Origin: Octopus sinensis
Lineage: Eukaryota
Length of the DNA stretch: 64,000 bases
NCBI RefSeq assembly: GCF_006345805.1
Contig: NC_043005.1
Span: 6,510,001-6,574,000, forward strand
Direction: 5' to 3'
Below, piece after piece: positions 42,482-55,333 of this stretch. The position numbers and the translations under genes are program-made. Numbering within the stretch: position 1 is the first letter of the stretch; each line of letters starts with the position of its first letter. The notes under the pieces are model-generated. The model was given only the letters and a program-made list of their open reading frames with translations, ran no database searches and had not been told where the DNA came from.

Positions 42482-43423
42482 AATGATGATGATGATGATG
42501 ATAATGATGATGATGATGATGATGATTTATGATGATGATGACGATGATAATGACGATGATGATGATGATGATGATGATGATTTATGATGGTGGTATTTGC
42601 GATGGTGGTTCTGGATATGATCTTAATTTAGTGATCAAGTTCATGATGCTGATGCCGGTGGTGGTGGTATCGATGATGGTGAAGATGATGACGACGACGA
42701 CGACGACGATGATGATGATGATGATGAGGATGATGAAGGTGATGATGATGTTCAGGATGATGATGATGGTGGTCGTCGTCGTGTTTATAATAATGGTGTT
42801 GATGAGGAAGCTTATGCTAATGATGAAAAAGAAGTAGTAGTAGTAGTAGCAGTAATGGTAGTACTTGTAGTAGTAGTTGTTGTAGTTGTAGTAGAAGTAG
42901 GAAATATTCAATTGGGAGGGAGAGCTGTTGATCGTTGATAATTATTGATTTTATATGCATAGACACAAAAACGAAATAAAGTATACACACACATATATAT
43001 ATATATAGGCGCAGGAGTGGCTGTGTGGTAAGTAGCTTGTTTACCAACCACACGCTTTTTGGTTCAGTCCCACTGCGTTGTACTTTGGGCACGTGTCTTC
43101 TACTATAGCCTCGGGCCGACCAAAGCCTTTTGAGTGGATTTGGTAGACGGAAACTGAAAGAAGTCCGTCGTATATATGTATATATATATATATATGCGTG
43201 TGTGTATTTGTGTGTCTGTGTTTGTCCCCCTAGCATTGCTTGACAATCGATGCTGGTGTGTTTATGTCCCCGTTACTTAGCAGTTCAGCAAAAGAGACCG
43301 ATAGAATAAGTACTGGGCTTACAAAAGAATAAGTCCCGGGGTCGATTTGCTCGATTAAAGGCAGTGCTCCAGCATCCAGCATGGCCACAGTCATATGACT
43401 GAAACAAGTAAGAGTAAAAGAGT

Positions 43424-43480
<57 letters not shown>

Positions 43481-43485
43481 CAAGC

Positions 43486-43529
<44 letters not shown>

Positions 43530-43556
43530 TACATATATATATATATACATACATAT

Positions 43557-43603
<47 letters not shown>

Positions 43604-44304
43604 TATATATATATAATAAATATTAGGGAATAAATCCAAACTTACAGGGAAAATCAGATTTAGTATTGAATCCAATTTTATAGTAAAATATTATATTATA
43701 TTAAATTAGAGATAAAACCACTATTAGGCAAATCATACAATGAAAAACTTAAGCCAATACATATTAATTAATATTTTTTTAATAATTTTGTTATTTATTT
43801 AAATAATATAAATTAAATAATCTTATGTATTGGCTTAAGTTTTCCAGTGTATGATTTGCTTAATAGTGGTTTTATCTCTAATTTAATATAATATGATATT
43901 TTACTATAAAATTGGATTCAATCCTAAATCTGATTTTTCCCTGTAAGTTTGGATTTATTCCTTAATATTTATTATTAATTAATATATTGATAAATTACGT
44001 ATATTGAGTGTAATATCTCAACTTCGTAAATTATGGAATTTACAGGTAAGATAGAACCGCTATTTTGAAATTCATCATTGAAGGATATTCCAGTACCTTC
44101 TAGAAAGGAATTTATTTTGAAACTTATTAATAATATTAAGGATTTTGTTTCTAGAATTAAATGGAAAGCTTATATTAATTATATTTTTTTAATAATTTTG
44201 GTATATATTTAAATAATATAAATGAAATAATCTTATGTATTGGCTTAAGTTTTTCATTGTATGATTTGCCTAATAGTGGTTTTATCTCTAATTTAATATA
44301 ATAT

Positions 44305-44348
<44 letters not shown>

Positions 44349-46302
44349 ATATTATATAATTGAGTAGTTGAATGAATTATCCTATTATTGATAATTCGGT
44401 TAACCGACACCTAGGTAGCAAATTCACGTCAGAAAATCACGGTTGAAGCTACATGCCTAGGGCAGAGATCACGTGCTATCGTGTGGAAATTTGTGTGTTT
44501 TTTTTAATACAAATAAATGAAAGAATGGAGTTGAACGATGAATTAACAAAATTCCTTTATTTTATTTTCGACATATGTTTCGAAGGCTGCATATTCCTAA
44601 TTTCGAAGGAATAAGGGGTGCATTATGCCGCCTTCTCATCAGGAAAAGTAAGGAATTTATGTCAGCATCAAGATGCACAGAAATTTTTAGATGCCTGCCC
44701 ACACGGAGCCCATAGCGATAATGAGTGTTTCTTTAAAATATTCCGTTATAAGCAGTGACGTCAAAAATGGTTGAATGTAGAAGATTCTAGAAGGTTTAAG
44801 GGTTCAAACAAGGTTGTAGGACTGCTAAATAAGGACTCATCAGCCGAGAGTAGCGACACCGCCCTTTCCAATTCCAACCAAACATACAATAACAATAATA
44901 ATAATAGAAATAGTATTGATAATAGCAACATTCATAGCAGCGTTGGCATTAACAATAGTAATATTAATAATAATATTAGTCGGATTATTAACAGTGGTAG
45001 TGTTAGTGGTAATAACGGCAGCATTTATAATAACAGTGGTAGTATTGATAACAACCCCAGCATTCCTATAGTCAGGGAAATTACCGACGATAATACAATA
45101 AATAGTAATGATAATAATATGAATAGTATTGTGGTCAATGCTAGCAATAATATTAACACCAATCATAACAATAAAAACTCCGTCTTAGTCTCAGAGGTAA
45201 ACCATAACAGATTAAAGTTCTTATCCAGCAATTCCAAAATTAGAAATTCCATTTACCAGCGCAAAATTTTTTTACGTACCGATGTCTTCTTCTACATAGG
45301 GGCAACTACTTCTAAATTATCCCACAGGATCTCCAACCATTATTCAACTTTCCGAGATAAGAGAAAACAACACAGCACAGGACTAAGTAAAATGGTTTGG
45401 CGTCTTAAGGACAGTAATACAACTTTCAAGCTGGGATGGTCCATATTGTCTGTATCCTTTCCGTTTGATAAAGGCAGAAAATTTTGTGGCGTCTGTAATT
45501 CCGAACTTTTCCATATTTTGTTCGCCAAAGTATCTTTAATAAATACAATGGCCGAGAAATCTTTTAGATGCATGCACTGCAAAAACACACCTTTCACTCA
45601 TATGAATAATGATTAATATAGATAACTTCCTTGAATTTTAATAATATAGTCCCATTTATATACCACCCCCATAGTCAATTTTTATACTCTTAAAGAACTA
45701 CTACCCAACCCATTGAGGTGTGTTTTTCCTTTGTCTCTCTAACTCTCCCTCCTCTCTCTCTCTCTCTCTTTCCCTCTCTCTATCGTAAGCACAATCTAAC
45801 ACACAGACACAAACCTGTCACTTCACCAGTTTTTAACATCTACCCATCCACACACACAATCACGCACACACATACACACACATAGCCATTAATGCAGTTA
45901 TATACATACACACACATAGGCACTCATTCACAAAAGAAAACAGCAAATTCACCATTCATTTGACCTGCACCCTTTAACCTTCCTATTCTTAGGTCTCTCT
46001 CCTACAACCTTGTTTGAACCCTTGAACCTTCTAGAATCTTCTACATTCAGCCATTTTTGACGTCACTGCTTATAACGGAATATTTTAAAGAAACACTCAT
46101 TATCGCTATGGGCCCCATGTGGGCAGGCATCTAAAAAATTTTGTGCATCTTGATGCTGACATAAGTTTCTTACTTTACCTGATGAGAAGGCGGCATAATG
46201 CACCCCTTATTCCTTCGAAATTAGGAATATGCAGCCTTCGAAACATATGTCGAAAATAAAATAAAGGAATTTTGTTAATTCGTCGTTCAACTCCATTCTT
46301 TC

Positions 46303-46365
<63 letters not shown>

Positions 46366-49300
46366 CACACACATATGTATTCATATATATACACTTGCAT
46401 ATATATATTATAAATAGAAAGAAAGAGGGCGAGAAACGCATAAAGTAGAAAGTGAAGAATGACCACAGTAGAGAAGAAGAAGAAGAAGAAGAAGAAGAAG
46501 AAGAAGAAGAAGAAGAAGAAGAAGAAGAAGAAGAAGAAGAAGAAGAAGAAGAAGAAGAAGAAGAAGAAGAAGAAGAAGAAGAAGAAGAAGAAGAAGAAGA
46601 AGAAGAAGAAGAAGAAGAAGAAGAAGAAGAAGAAGAAGAAGAAGAAGAAGAAGAAGAGGAAAGTGGAGGGGGAGAAAAAGAAAAATGTGTAGTATGAAGA
46701 GCAAGTATTGAAAATGAACGAGTCGACAAAAGAGACAAAATACCTTAAGAAGCCGAACATCAAGAAGCGGGAAGAAAAGAAGCCGAACAAGGGTAGACAT
46801 GTCGATAATACTTACAGTTGCAGGCCAAAATGTTCTGAACGGCATTTTTTTCGTCAGAAAAGTAGGTATACGTTTTTATCAAAGTTGTTTTGTATTCTAT
46901 AATTTTCACAGACAATAAATACGATATTATTTGTTATTGTCTGAGATTTTGGTGTAATTTGAGAGGATAATACAAAAGTTATGAATGATTTAGTGATTTA
47001 CTGCAAAACCCATGGCGGTCAAAATGATCAGAACGGTTGCTTTTACTCCGTGTTTTAGTATATATAACCGTCGATCTCTAATGTTTTGAATTTGTTTACG
47101 TGATGGTTCGTTTACTAAACATTAGTAAGAATATTTGCAGTGTACTTTGTTAATATAATGCCACTTACTCCGTTACCAATTCGTCAGCAGATTATTAAGC
47201 TTCGAAGGAAGGATAATTTAAGTATTGGATCTATTGCAAAGATTGTTAACAAGTCAAAAAGTGTTGTTCACGGTATTCTTAAGGTCTAGAATGATTGTGG
47301 TTCGTGTAAAGCAAGAAAGTCTACAGGTAGACCAAGAAAAACGACCAAGAGAGAAGATCGTGCTATGGTAAAGTTGGTTAAAAATGACAGATTTAAAACT
47401 GCTGCTGCTGTGTTTCAGGAAATGAGCATTGTACTGAAGAAAACTTTATCTCGAAAAACTGTGTCTCGACCTTTAGTTGAACATGACCTACAAGCAAGAG
47501 CACCTGCAGTGAAGCCACTGATCAGCTCCAAGAATAAAAAGTGTCGTCTTACCTTTGCAACCGAACATGTGTTGTGGTCCCAAGGAAAATGGTAAACGGT
47601 GCATTTCAGGGATGAATCTAAGTTTATATTATTAGGCTCAGATGGGAAAAGGTACATTCGTCGAAAAGTAGGTGAAAAATTGTCGCCTAAATGCCTTAAG
47701 ACTAGCGTTAAATTCGGTGGAGGAAGTGTCATGGTTTGGTGGATGATGTCTGGAGATGGTGTGGGCCCTTTGGTGCGATTACATGGAAAGGTAAATGCAG
47801 AAGTTTATAAACAACTTGTAAAAGATCATGTCTTGACTGTGCTGAGAAATTCAACTAAGCGACCATCCATATTCATGCAGGAAAATGCCCCATGTCACAT
47901 GGCTAAGGTGATCATGAACTTCCTCAAGGCCGAAAAGGTTATTGTTATGGATTGGCCTGCTCAAAGCCCAGATCTCAATCCTATTGAAAATGTGTAGAAT
48001 ATTCTAGGAGAACGTTCGAAAGCCAGAAATCCTAAAACAACGGAACAATTATGGAATGCTCTTCAGGAAGAATGGAATAAGATCACCCAGCAAGAAATTG
48101 AAAATTTAATTTCCTCATGCAGTCGAAGATGTCAAAGTGTGATTGAAGCTAAAGGGCTTCACACTAAATATTAAATAATTCCAGTATTCTGTCGTTTTTG
48201 ATTATTTTGTTATTTTTTCAACCGTTCTGATCATTTTGACCGCCATGGGTTTTGCAATAAATCACTAAATCATCCATAACTTTTGTATTATCCTCTCAAA
48301 TTACACCAAAATCTCAGACAATTACAATAACAACTCATATCGTATTTATTGTCTGTGAAAATTATAGAATATAAAACAGCTTTGATAAAAATTTATACCT
48401 ACGTATGTGACAAAAACAATGCCGTTCTGAAAATTTTGGCCGCAACTGTATATTCACACACACACTTGCACGTATACATCTACAGAGAATCACAAACAGT
48501 TCTATCAGAAGGGATTGAGATAAGGATGGGACGCGAAAGAAAATGTGAAGGTTTTAAATATTTAGTAATATTTTGTCAATGAAATATTATCAACACGATT
48601 TATGCAACTTACATCAATTCTAAGCTGGTCAGATTAACGAAGGATCCTTCTTGAATCTTCTCGATATTATTTTCAAGCAAATTTCTGTAACAGAAAATTT
48701 TGGAAACGAGATTTATTGTAAAATATTATGACTGAAATGTCTTTAAAATGAAATATTAGATGATTAGAAAATGTATAGAAGTGTTTTATGATAAAATGTA
48801 AAATAGCATGGCTAAACAATAACTTGTACTTTTCCCAATTCTCGACGACAATCAGATCTTTGCGTCTGTTACTCGGCCGGGAATGGGAGGTGAGTGGCAG
48901 TTATATACAGGAATGACCAGGATCCCGAGGTAAAATTAATCTTGCGGGACCCAGATTGTGAGCCTTTGACCCTGGACGTGAGTAATAGCGAAGGTAGTGT
49001 AAAGAGACTGGTGGTCGTCGTTGCGCATACCGGAGCAAAACAGCCGGATTTCTTGAGTTTCGAAGCCTTTATATCACGTGATCAGGTGACCGACCAGACC
49101 ATCAGATGTTGTTACACATCGCTGGTCACAATGTGTTCGCATTGTTTTAGCCTTCGAATGACGCCAGCCCGCTGGCTAAGCGAGCAGGCCAACAGAAGAA
49201 AGAATGGGAGAAAGAGTACAGCAGGGATCATCACCCCTTGCCGGAGCATCGTGGAGCTTTTAGGTGTTTTCGCTCAATAAACACTCACAACGCCCGGCCT

Positions 49301-52300
49301 GGTACTCGAAACCAAGATCCTACGACCGCGAGTCCGCTACACTAGCCACTGGGCCATTGCGCCTCCTCGTGATCACATGATATATCATGTGTGACCCTTC
49401 TGCCCGGCACTACTCGCCATAATCGATCGTTAGCCACTACACATATTCTTTTCTCTCCTTGTTTCTCGCCTTGTTTTTTCTGTGCTCCTTTCTGTAGAAG
49501 AGCGTAGGCTCGAAACGTAAAAGACCTTTGCTATTCCTGAGAGTTATACTAATACATCTGTTTGTTTTGTACACCACCTGTCTTCGTCTTTTATTTTTCG
49601 TAAACTCTCCCTATATATTTATATTTAGGTAGGGCTTTACTGTTTGTGGGGGGATTGGAACGTCATCTGAGACGTTGGTTGCGATTGTGCTGAATACATA
49701 CACTGGCGAAAATAAATTTAAGACCGATGATAAAAGTTCTATTTCTTTCAAAATATTTTGTTACTAACACCATACAAATTATTTTTATCTTTTACACTTT
49801 ATGCAGAATTTATTTCTCTTTCGAATGATACAAACATTAACTAAGGTATTTTTTGATGTTATAATAACATCGAAAAATACCTTAGGAATGTAGCAAAATT
49901 TCAACATGAATAATGTAATTCACAATATGTAATTAGAACGGAGAGACATGAAAGTTAATCAGCGTTGATCGAGAAGTAAGCATAAAAAACAATATACAAA
50001 TCAAATCGTTTACTCGAGTATGTTCATTCATAACGAAAGTAACAAACTGACACATGCGCAATAATGCACAAAATTATGTGCATCAGAAACTCATACATAA
50101 ACAGAGACGCAGATATTCACACACTCACGCACACACACACATACCTCAGATTTTCACAAAGAATTGTATATTTCTGTTGAAAGCGACTGAGTGTATATAG
50201 TGCATATATGGAAAGAAATTAAATGCTTAGAATTATAATGTCAATAAATGACATGTTACTTACAGATTCTCTAAACTGGGAAGATTCTGAAACGATCCCG
50301 CTTCTAATTCCTTGATATCATTTTTATGCAACTCTCTGTAACAAAAAAAAATACATAAAGCCTAAAAATTAAGGAAAGCGAAGCTGATGATGACGGGGTA
50401 GATGACAATGATGATGATGATGATGATGTCGAATGAGCAATTGATGAGTATCATGATGATATTGATGATGATGGTAGTGGTATTGATGGTGTTTATCTTA
50501 GTTATGTTGATGAGGAAAGCCATGGCAATGATAACGTTGATGATCGTGATGGTGAAGAATTTACGTAGCTGGAAATATTTTCAGAGAAATAAAGAAAGTA
50601 AATGGCTAAGAGTTTAAAGGTTGTAGATATTTGCATATGATTAAATTTGCTTTAAGAATACGATTAGAAGATCGATATGTGGCATTCATCGTTGATCCAG
50701 AGCTAAACGCAGTAAGAGTTATACAGACATGAATACACTAGTATTGGACCAGCCATACACAAAACATAAACATATGTATATACATACATAAAATGTGCTG
50801 CTTGAACTGTCACACGGTCCTATGTACTTACACACACACGTAAGGACTCACAAACACACACTGACAGCCATTCAAATACAATCATATACACGCTCTGTTG
50901 AGAGAGTGCGAATGCAGAGAGGGGAAAGAGCGCCATTTAATTGGATGGCAATTAAATATTATAAATATGACTCTAATGAAATACTATGACGAATTATCTG
51001 AATTAGAACAAAGTAAAACCAGAAAATTTCTGGACAATTCCAGCTTCAATTTTCTTGATAGTATCGCTATACAAAGTCCCGAAAAACAAAAATTTAGGTT
51101 GAACAGTATATGTATCGTGTCACCCCATACAAAATGCATTTTTATACTTCTTTTATTTTCATAATTAAGATAAATAAATTTATTTTTTAATCTAAAAATA
51201 TACTCTCCGTCATTTTCTACAATGCATTTACCTCTTGCAGAACATCCTCATCGATCTCTACAGATCTTCCATGACAAGGCTAGTCCTCTAGGCTGTAGTC
51301 TCAGACACGGTATTGCAGTGAAATGCAGAGGAAGGATGCAACGAAAGAAGAGGAGGAGAAGAGAAACAAGTATAAGAAGAAAAACAATGAGGAGAAGAAT
51401 AAATAAAAAGGTCCCTCTTCCAAACTTCACTTGTCCGTACAGAAAAATACTCCTCACTACTATTCTGAAATCGCCTACAAAATACTTATTTTTTTCCAGA
51501 TGTGAAAATGTCCGGCAAATATGGAGTGTGGGGCATTGTCTCCCGTCCAGACTGGTCACGCGTTTGGAATGTCATCCTCTCGTATGTTGCCGAGCGTTAT
51601 CCTGATCGAAGGACAACATTCGTCTTGATAAGAAAAATGGTCGTTTTTCGTTCACAGCTGACTGACGGCGTTCAAGCGGCTGGCAGTAGATATCCTTTGT
51701 TATCTTTTGTTCAAAGTGGACCAGACAATTCATATACCACCAAACAAATAGTAACACCTTTTATGGGGGAAGACTTCCTTTAGTCTGGTCTGTCGGTGTT
51801 TCTACTTTTCTTGACTATTGTTTTCTGCACTAGACATACTTCTAGAGAATCCATTTCTCGTCAGCAGTAATTATTTGGTCCAAATTAGCGTTAGGGTTGC
51901 CAGTATATATTTGGTCGAAAATGGATCTTTCGTCAGACTTGACAGCAAAGAAGAACGATTAGTCTCGGGAAGTTTGTGAGGAGCCCATTGAGGCAATTTG
52001 CTGACATTTCCGCTGGCACTCAGATGTCGATGAATGGTTGAATGAATAAATGCAAGATTATCTGGGAGTTCCTCAACAGATACGATGGAATTTTGTTCTA
52101 CAAGTTTTGCAGAACATCCTCGTCGGTGTCTACAGATCTTCCATGATGAGGCTAGTCCTCTAGGATGTAATCTCAAACTACATATTGCAGTGAAATGCAG
52201 ACAAAAATACGAAGGAGGAAGAGGAGGAGAAGAGAAACAAGTACAAGAAGAAAAACAATGAGGAGAAGAATAAATATAAAAAGGGAATTTAAAAAAGGGG

Positions 52301-53131
52301 AAATAAAAAAGGGAATACAAAAGAAAGGAAAATGAGATACAACTACAAGCTGCAGAAAATAGATGTAGAGAAATATGTAGGAGAGGATGCTGAAGTAGAA
52401 GTGGGAGAATAAGAAGGGGAAGAAGAAGGGGAGGAGGAGAAGAGATGGGGAAGAGAAAAAGGAAGACCAAGTATGAAAATAAGAATAAGATGGAGAATAA
52501 ATAGCAGGAGAAGAGGAAGTACTAGAACTGCAGGCCAAAAAAAAATAAAGAAGCAGAAAAAGTTGTAGAAGGAGATGAAGGTGACAAACTATAAATTGTG
52601 TCTATAGAAAGACATTACAGATTTAGAAAGATATTGGGAAAGAAATACTATAAAAGGAGGTTGATTCAACTTACAGAGTTGCTAAACTGGAAAGATTTCG
52701 GAAGGTTCCTGCTTTGATATTCGTTATATTATTTTGGTACAACTTCCTGAAACATAAGATTGAGTTAAGAATATTTATTGAACAAATTTGTGTCTAAAGA
52801 ATTGGATGATGAAAGAGATGAAATGTAGATTACTATAAAGATGAACTTGATGATGATGTTGTAGATATCGTTGGGTTGGATGAGGGCAGTGATGAGTTTG
52901 ATGATGTGGAAGTGGAGAAGAAATTATTGTGGGAGTGTTGATGATGATGATATGATGCTGATCTTATCAATTTTGATCTTCGTGAAAAAGATGAGGATTT
53001 GTAGTTTTTGTTCTGACGATGAATATGGTATTGATGATAATGTTGGTGTTGGTGTTTTCTGCTGGTGACGAAGTTTTTGGTGTTGATGATGGTTGTCATG
53101 TTCCCTTTTGTCCCATCCATCCCCCAAAAGC

Positions 53132-53204
<73 letters not shown>

Positions 53205-53818
53205 TATTATTATTATTCAGTAGTTTTATTTTTATAGCGTGCTTTCACTTCACTACCGAGCACAGCTCTGTGTGCCTAGTAGTGCAATTTTCTGTATGTT
53301 ATATGTGTTTGTAAGTCCTGGTGTTTTTGTTATGTATTTGTCTGAATATTTTTTTATCATGCCTAATGCACCTACTATGATAGGAATTGTTTCTGTTATT
53401 AGATTCCACATTCTGGTTACCTCTATTTCCAGGTCTTTGTATTTTGAAAGTTTCTCCATTTCTTTTAGAGACGCGTATTGATACATCAATTAGAAAGCAT
53501 TTTTTTTCTTCATGATCTCTGACAACTATATCTGGTCTGTTGGCCTTAATTTCTCTATCTGTGTGTATCGGCATATCCCAGAGTATGGTTGCTTTCTCGT
53601 TTTCTGTGACCTTTTCTGGTGTGTGCCTATACCATCTTTTTTCTGTTGTTATTCCATAATGTTGGCATAGCTTCCAGTGTATGTAGGTTCCAACTTTGTC
53701 ATGTCTGTGAATATATTCCTTCTTAGCTAGGACTGGGCAGCCAGAGATAATATGATTTATTGTTTCTTGTCCATCTCCACATATTCTGCAGTTACTTGTA
53801 ATATTTCTTTTCATTACA

Positions 53819-53894
<76 letters not shown>

Positions 53895-53919
53895 TGTTGT
53901 TGTTGTTGTTGTTGTTGTT

Positions 53920-53959
<40 letters not shown>

Positions 53960-54769
53960 CAGTCGAAGTCGCTATTGTTGTGGTAGAAGAAGGAGGAGGA
54001 TGTGGTGGTGGATGAGGAGGGGGAGAATGAGAAGTAAAAAGAAATTTTCGATATAAAAGAAGAAATTTAGGCAGATGCATGTTTCGTGTTTAGGAGTAAA
54101 TGATAAAGAAATAGAAAAGTTGAAATAAAATTACGCTGAATGGAAATAATTAGAACGGAGAGCCATGAATAGTAATCAGCGTTGATCGAGAAATAAATAT
54201 AATAAATAATATACAAAAAGATATAAAAGTCAAGTCGCTCACTCGTGTACTTTCACTCATACAGACAGACACATACACATAGACACACATGTACAAAGAT
54301 CCTATACATTCATTATCAGAGACTCATACATAAATAGTGTATATAGTGTATATAGTGTATATAGTGCGTTAGGAAGAGTGAGAGAAAAAAGAAAGCATTG
54401 AGAGACATTAAATGATTAGAATTATATTGTCAATAAAAGAGAATCGAAAAACTAATGCAACTTACAGAGTCTCTAAATTGGGAAGATCTTGAAAAGATCC
54501 AGCTTCTAATTCAGTGATTTGATTTTCATACAAATTTCTGTAACACAAAAAGTGAGACGTGAAAAAATGTACACAGGTCCGAATGAAATATAAAATATAT
54601 TGCCTAAAAATTTAGGAAAATAGATGATGATGATGATGATGATGATGACGACGATGATGATGATGATGATGATGACGACGATGATGATGATGATGATGAT
54701 GATGACGATGATGGTGTAGATGATGATGATAATGATGATGCCGGTGGTGGTCGTATCGATGATGGTGAA

Positions 54770-54800
<31 letters not shown>

Positions 54801-55301
54801 TTTATGATAATGGTGTTGATGAGGAAGCTTATGCAATTGATGATTTTGATGATGGTGAAGGATTGTACAGCTGAACATGTTTTCAGAGAAATAAAGAGAG
54901 CGAATGATTAAGAGCTGGAAGGTTACAGATTTATGTTGCTTTAAAATATACAATTCCAAGATTCATGCGTGGCATCTTGGGCAAGTGTCTTCTGCTATAG
55001 CCTCGGGCCTACCAAAGCCTTGTGAGTGGATTTGGTAGACAGAAACTGAAAGAAGCCTGTCGTATATATGTATATATATAACAGACCGCCATGTTAAATC
55101 GTTAGCTCCTGCACGCATTTGTTTTTCTCTCCTTGTTTCTCTCCGTGTTTCTTTTCTATGTATCTTTCTGTTGAAGAGGGTAGGCTCGAAACGTAAAAGA
55201 CTTGTTTTATTTCTATTCCTGAGCGCCATACTAATACAATTGTTTGTTTGTACTCCACCTGCCTTCGTCTTTTGTTTATTTTCGTAAGCTTCCCGTTATA
55301 C

Positions 55302-55333
<32 letters not shown>

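Larger units (their letters stand above)
44515..46298 (+). mobile_element. Penelope-like insertion (GIY-YIG C-terminus) bounded by inverted ~290-bp pLTR copies
   Basis: [46 protein letters not shown] at about 45290-45613. 44515-44800 is the reverse complement of about 46005-46298. Confidence 0.85.

Noticed and set aside
44771-45616. 281-aa Asn-rich ORF
   Set aside because: Chimera of inverted pLTR, AAT-rich filler and a decayed PLE GIY-YIG C-terminus; covered as a mobile element.
4099-49368. tRNA genes
   Set aside because: tRNA-like heads continue into SINE bodies and lack complete cloverleaf structure.
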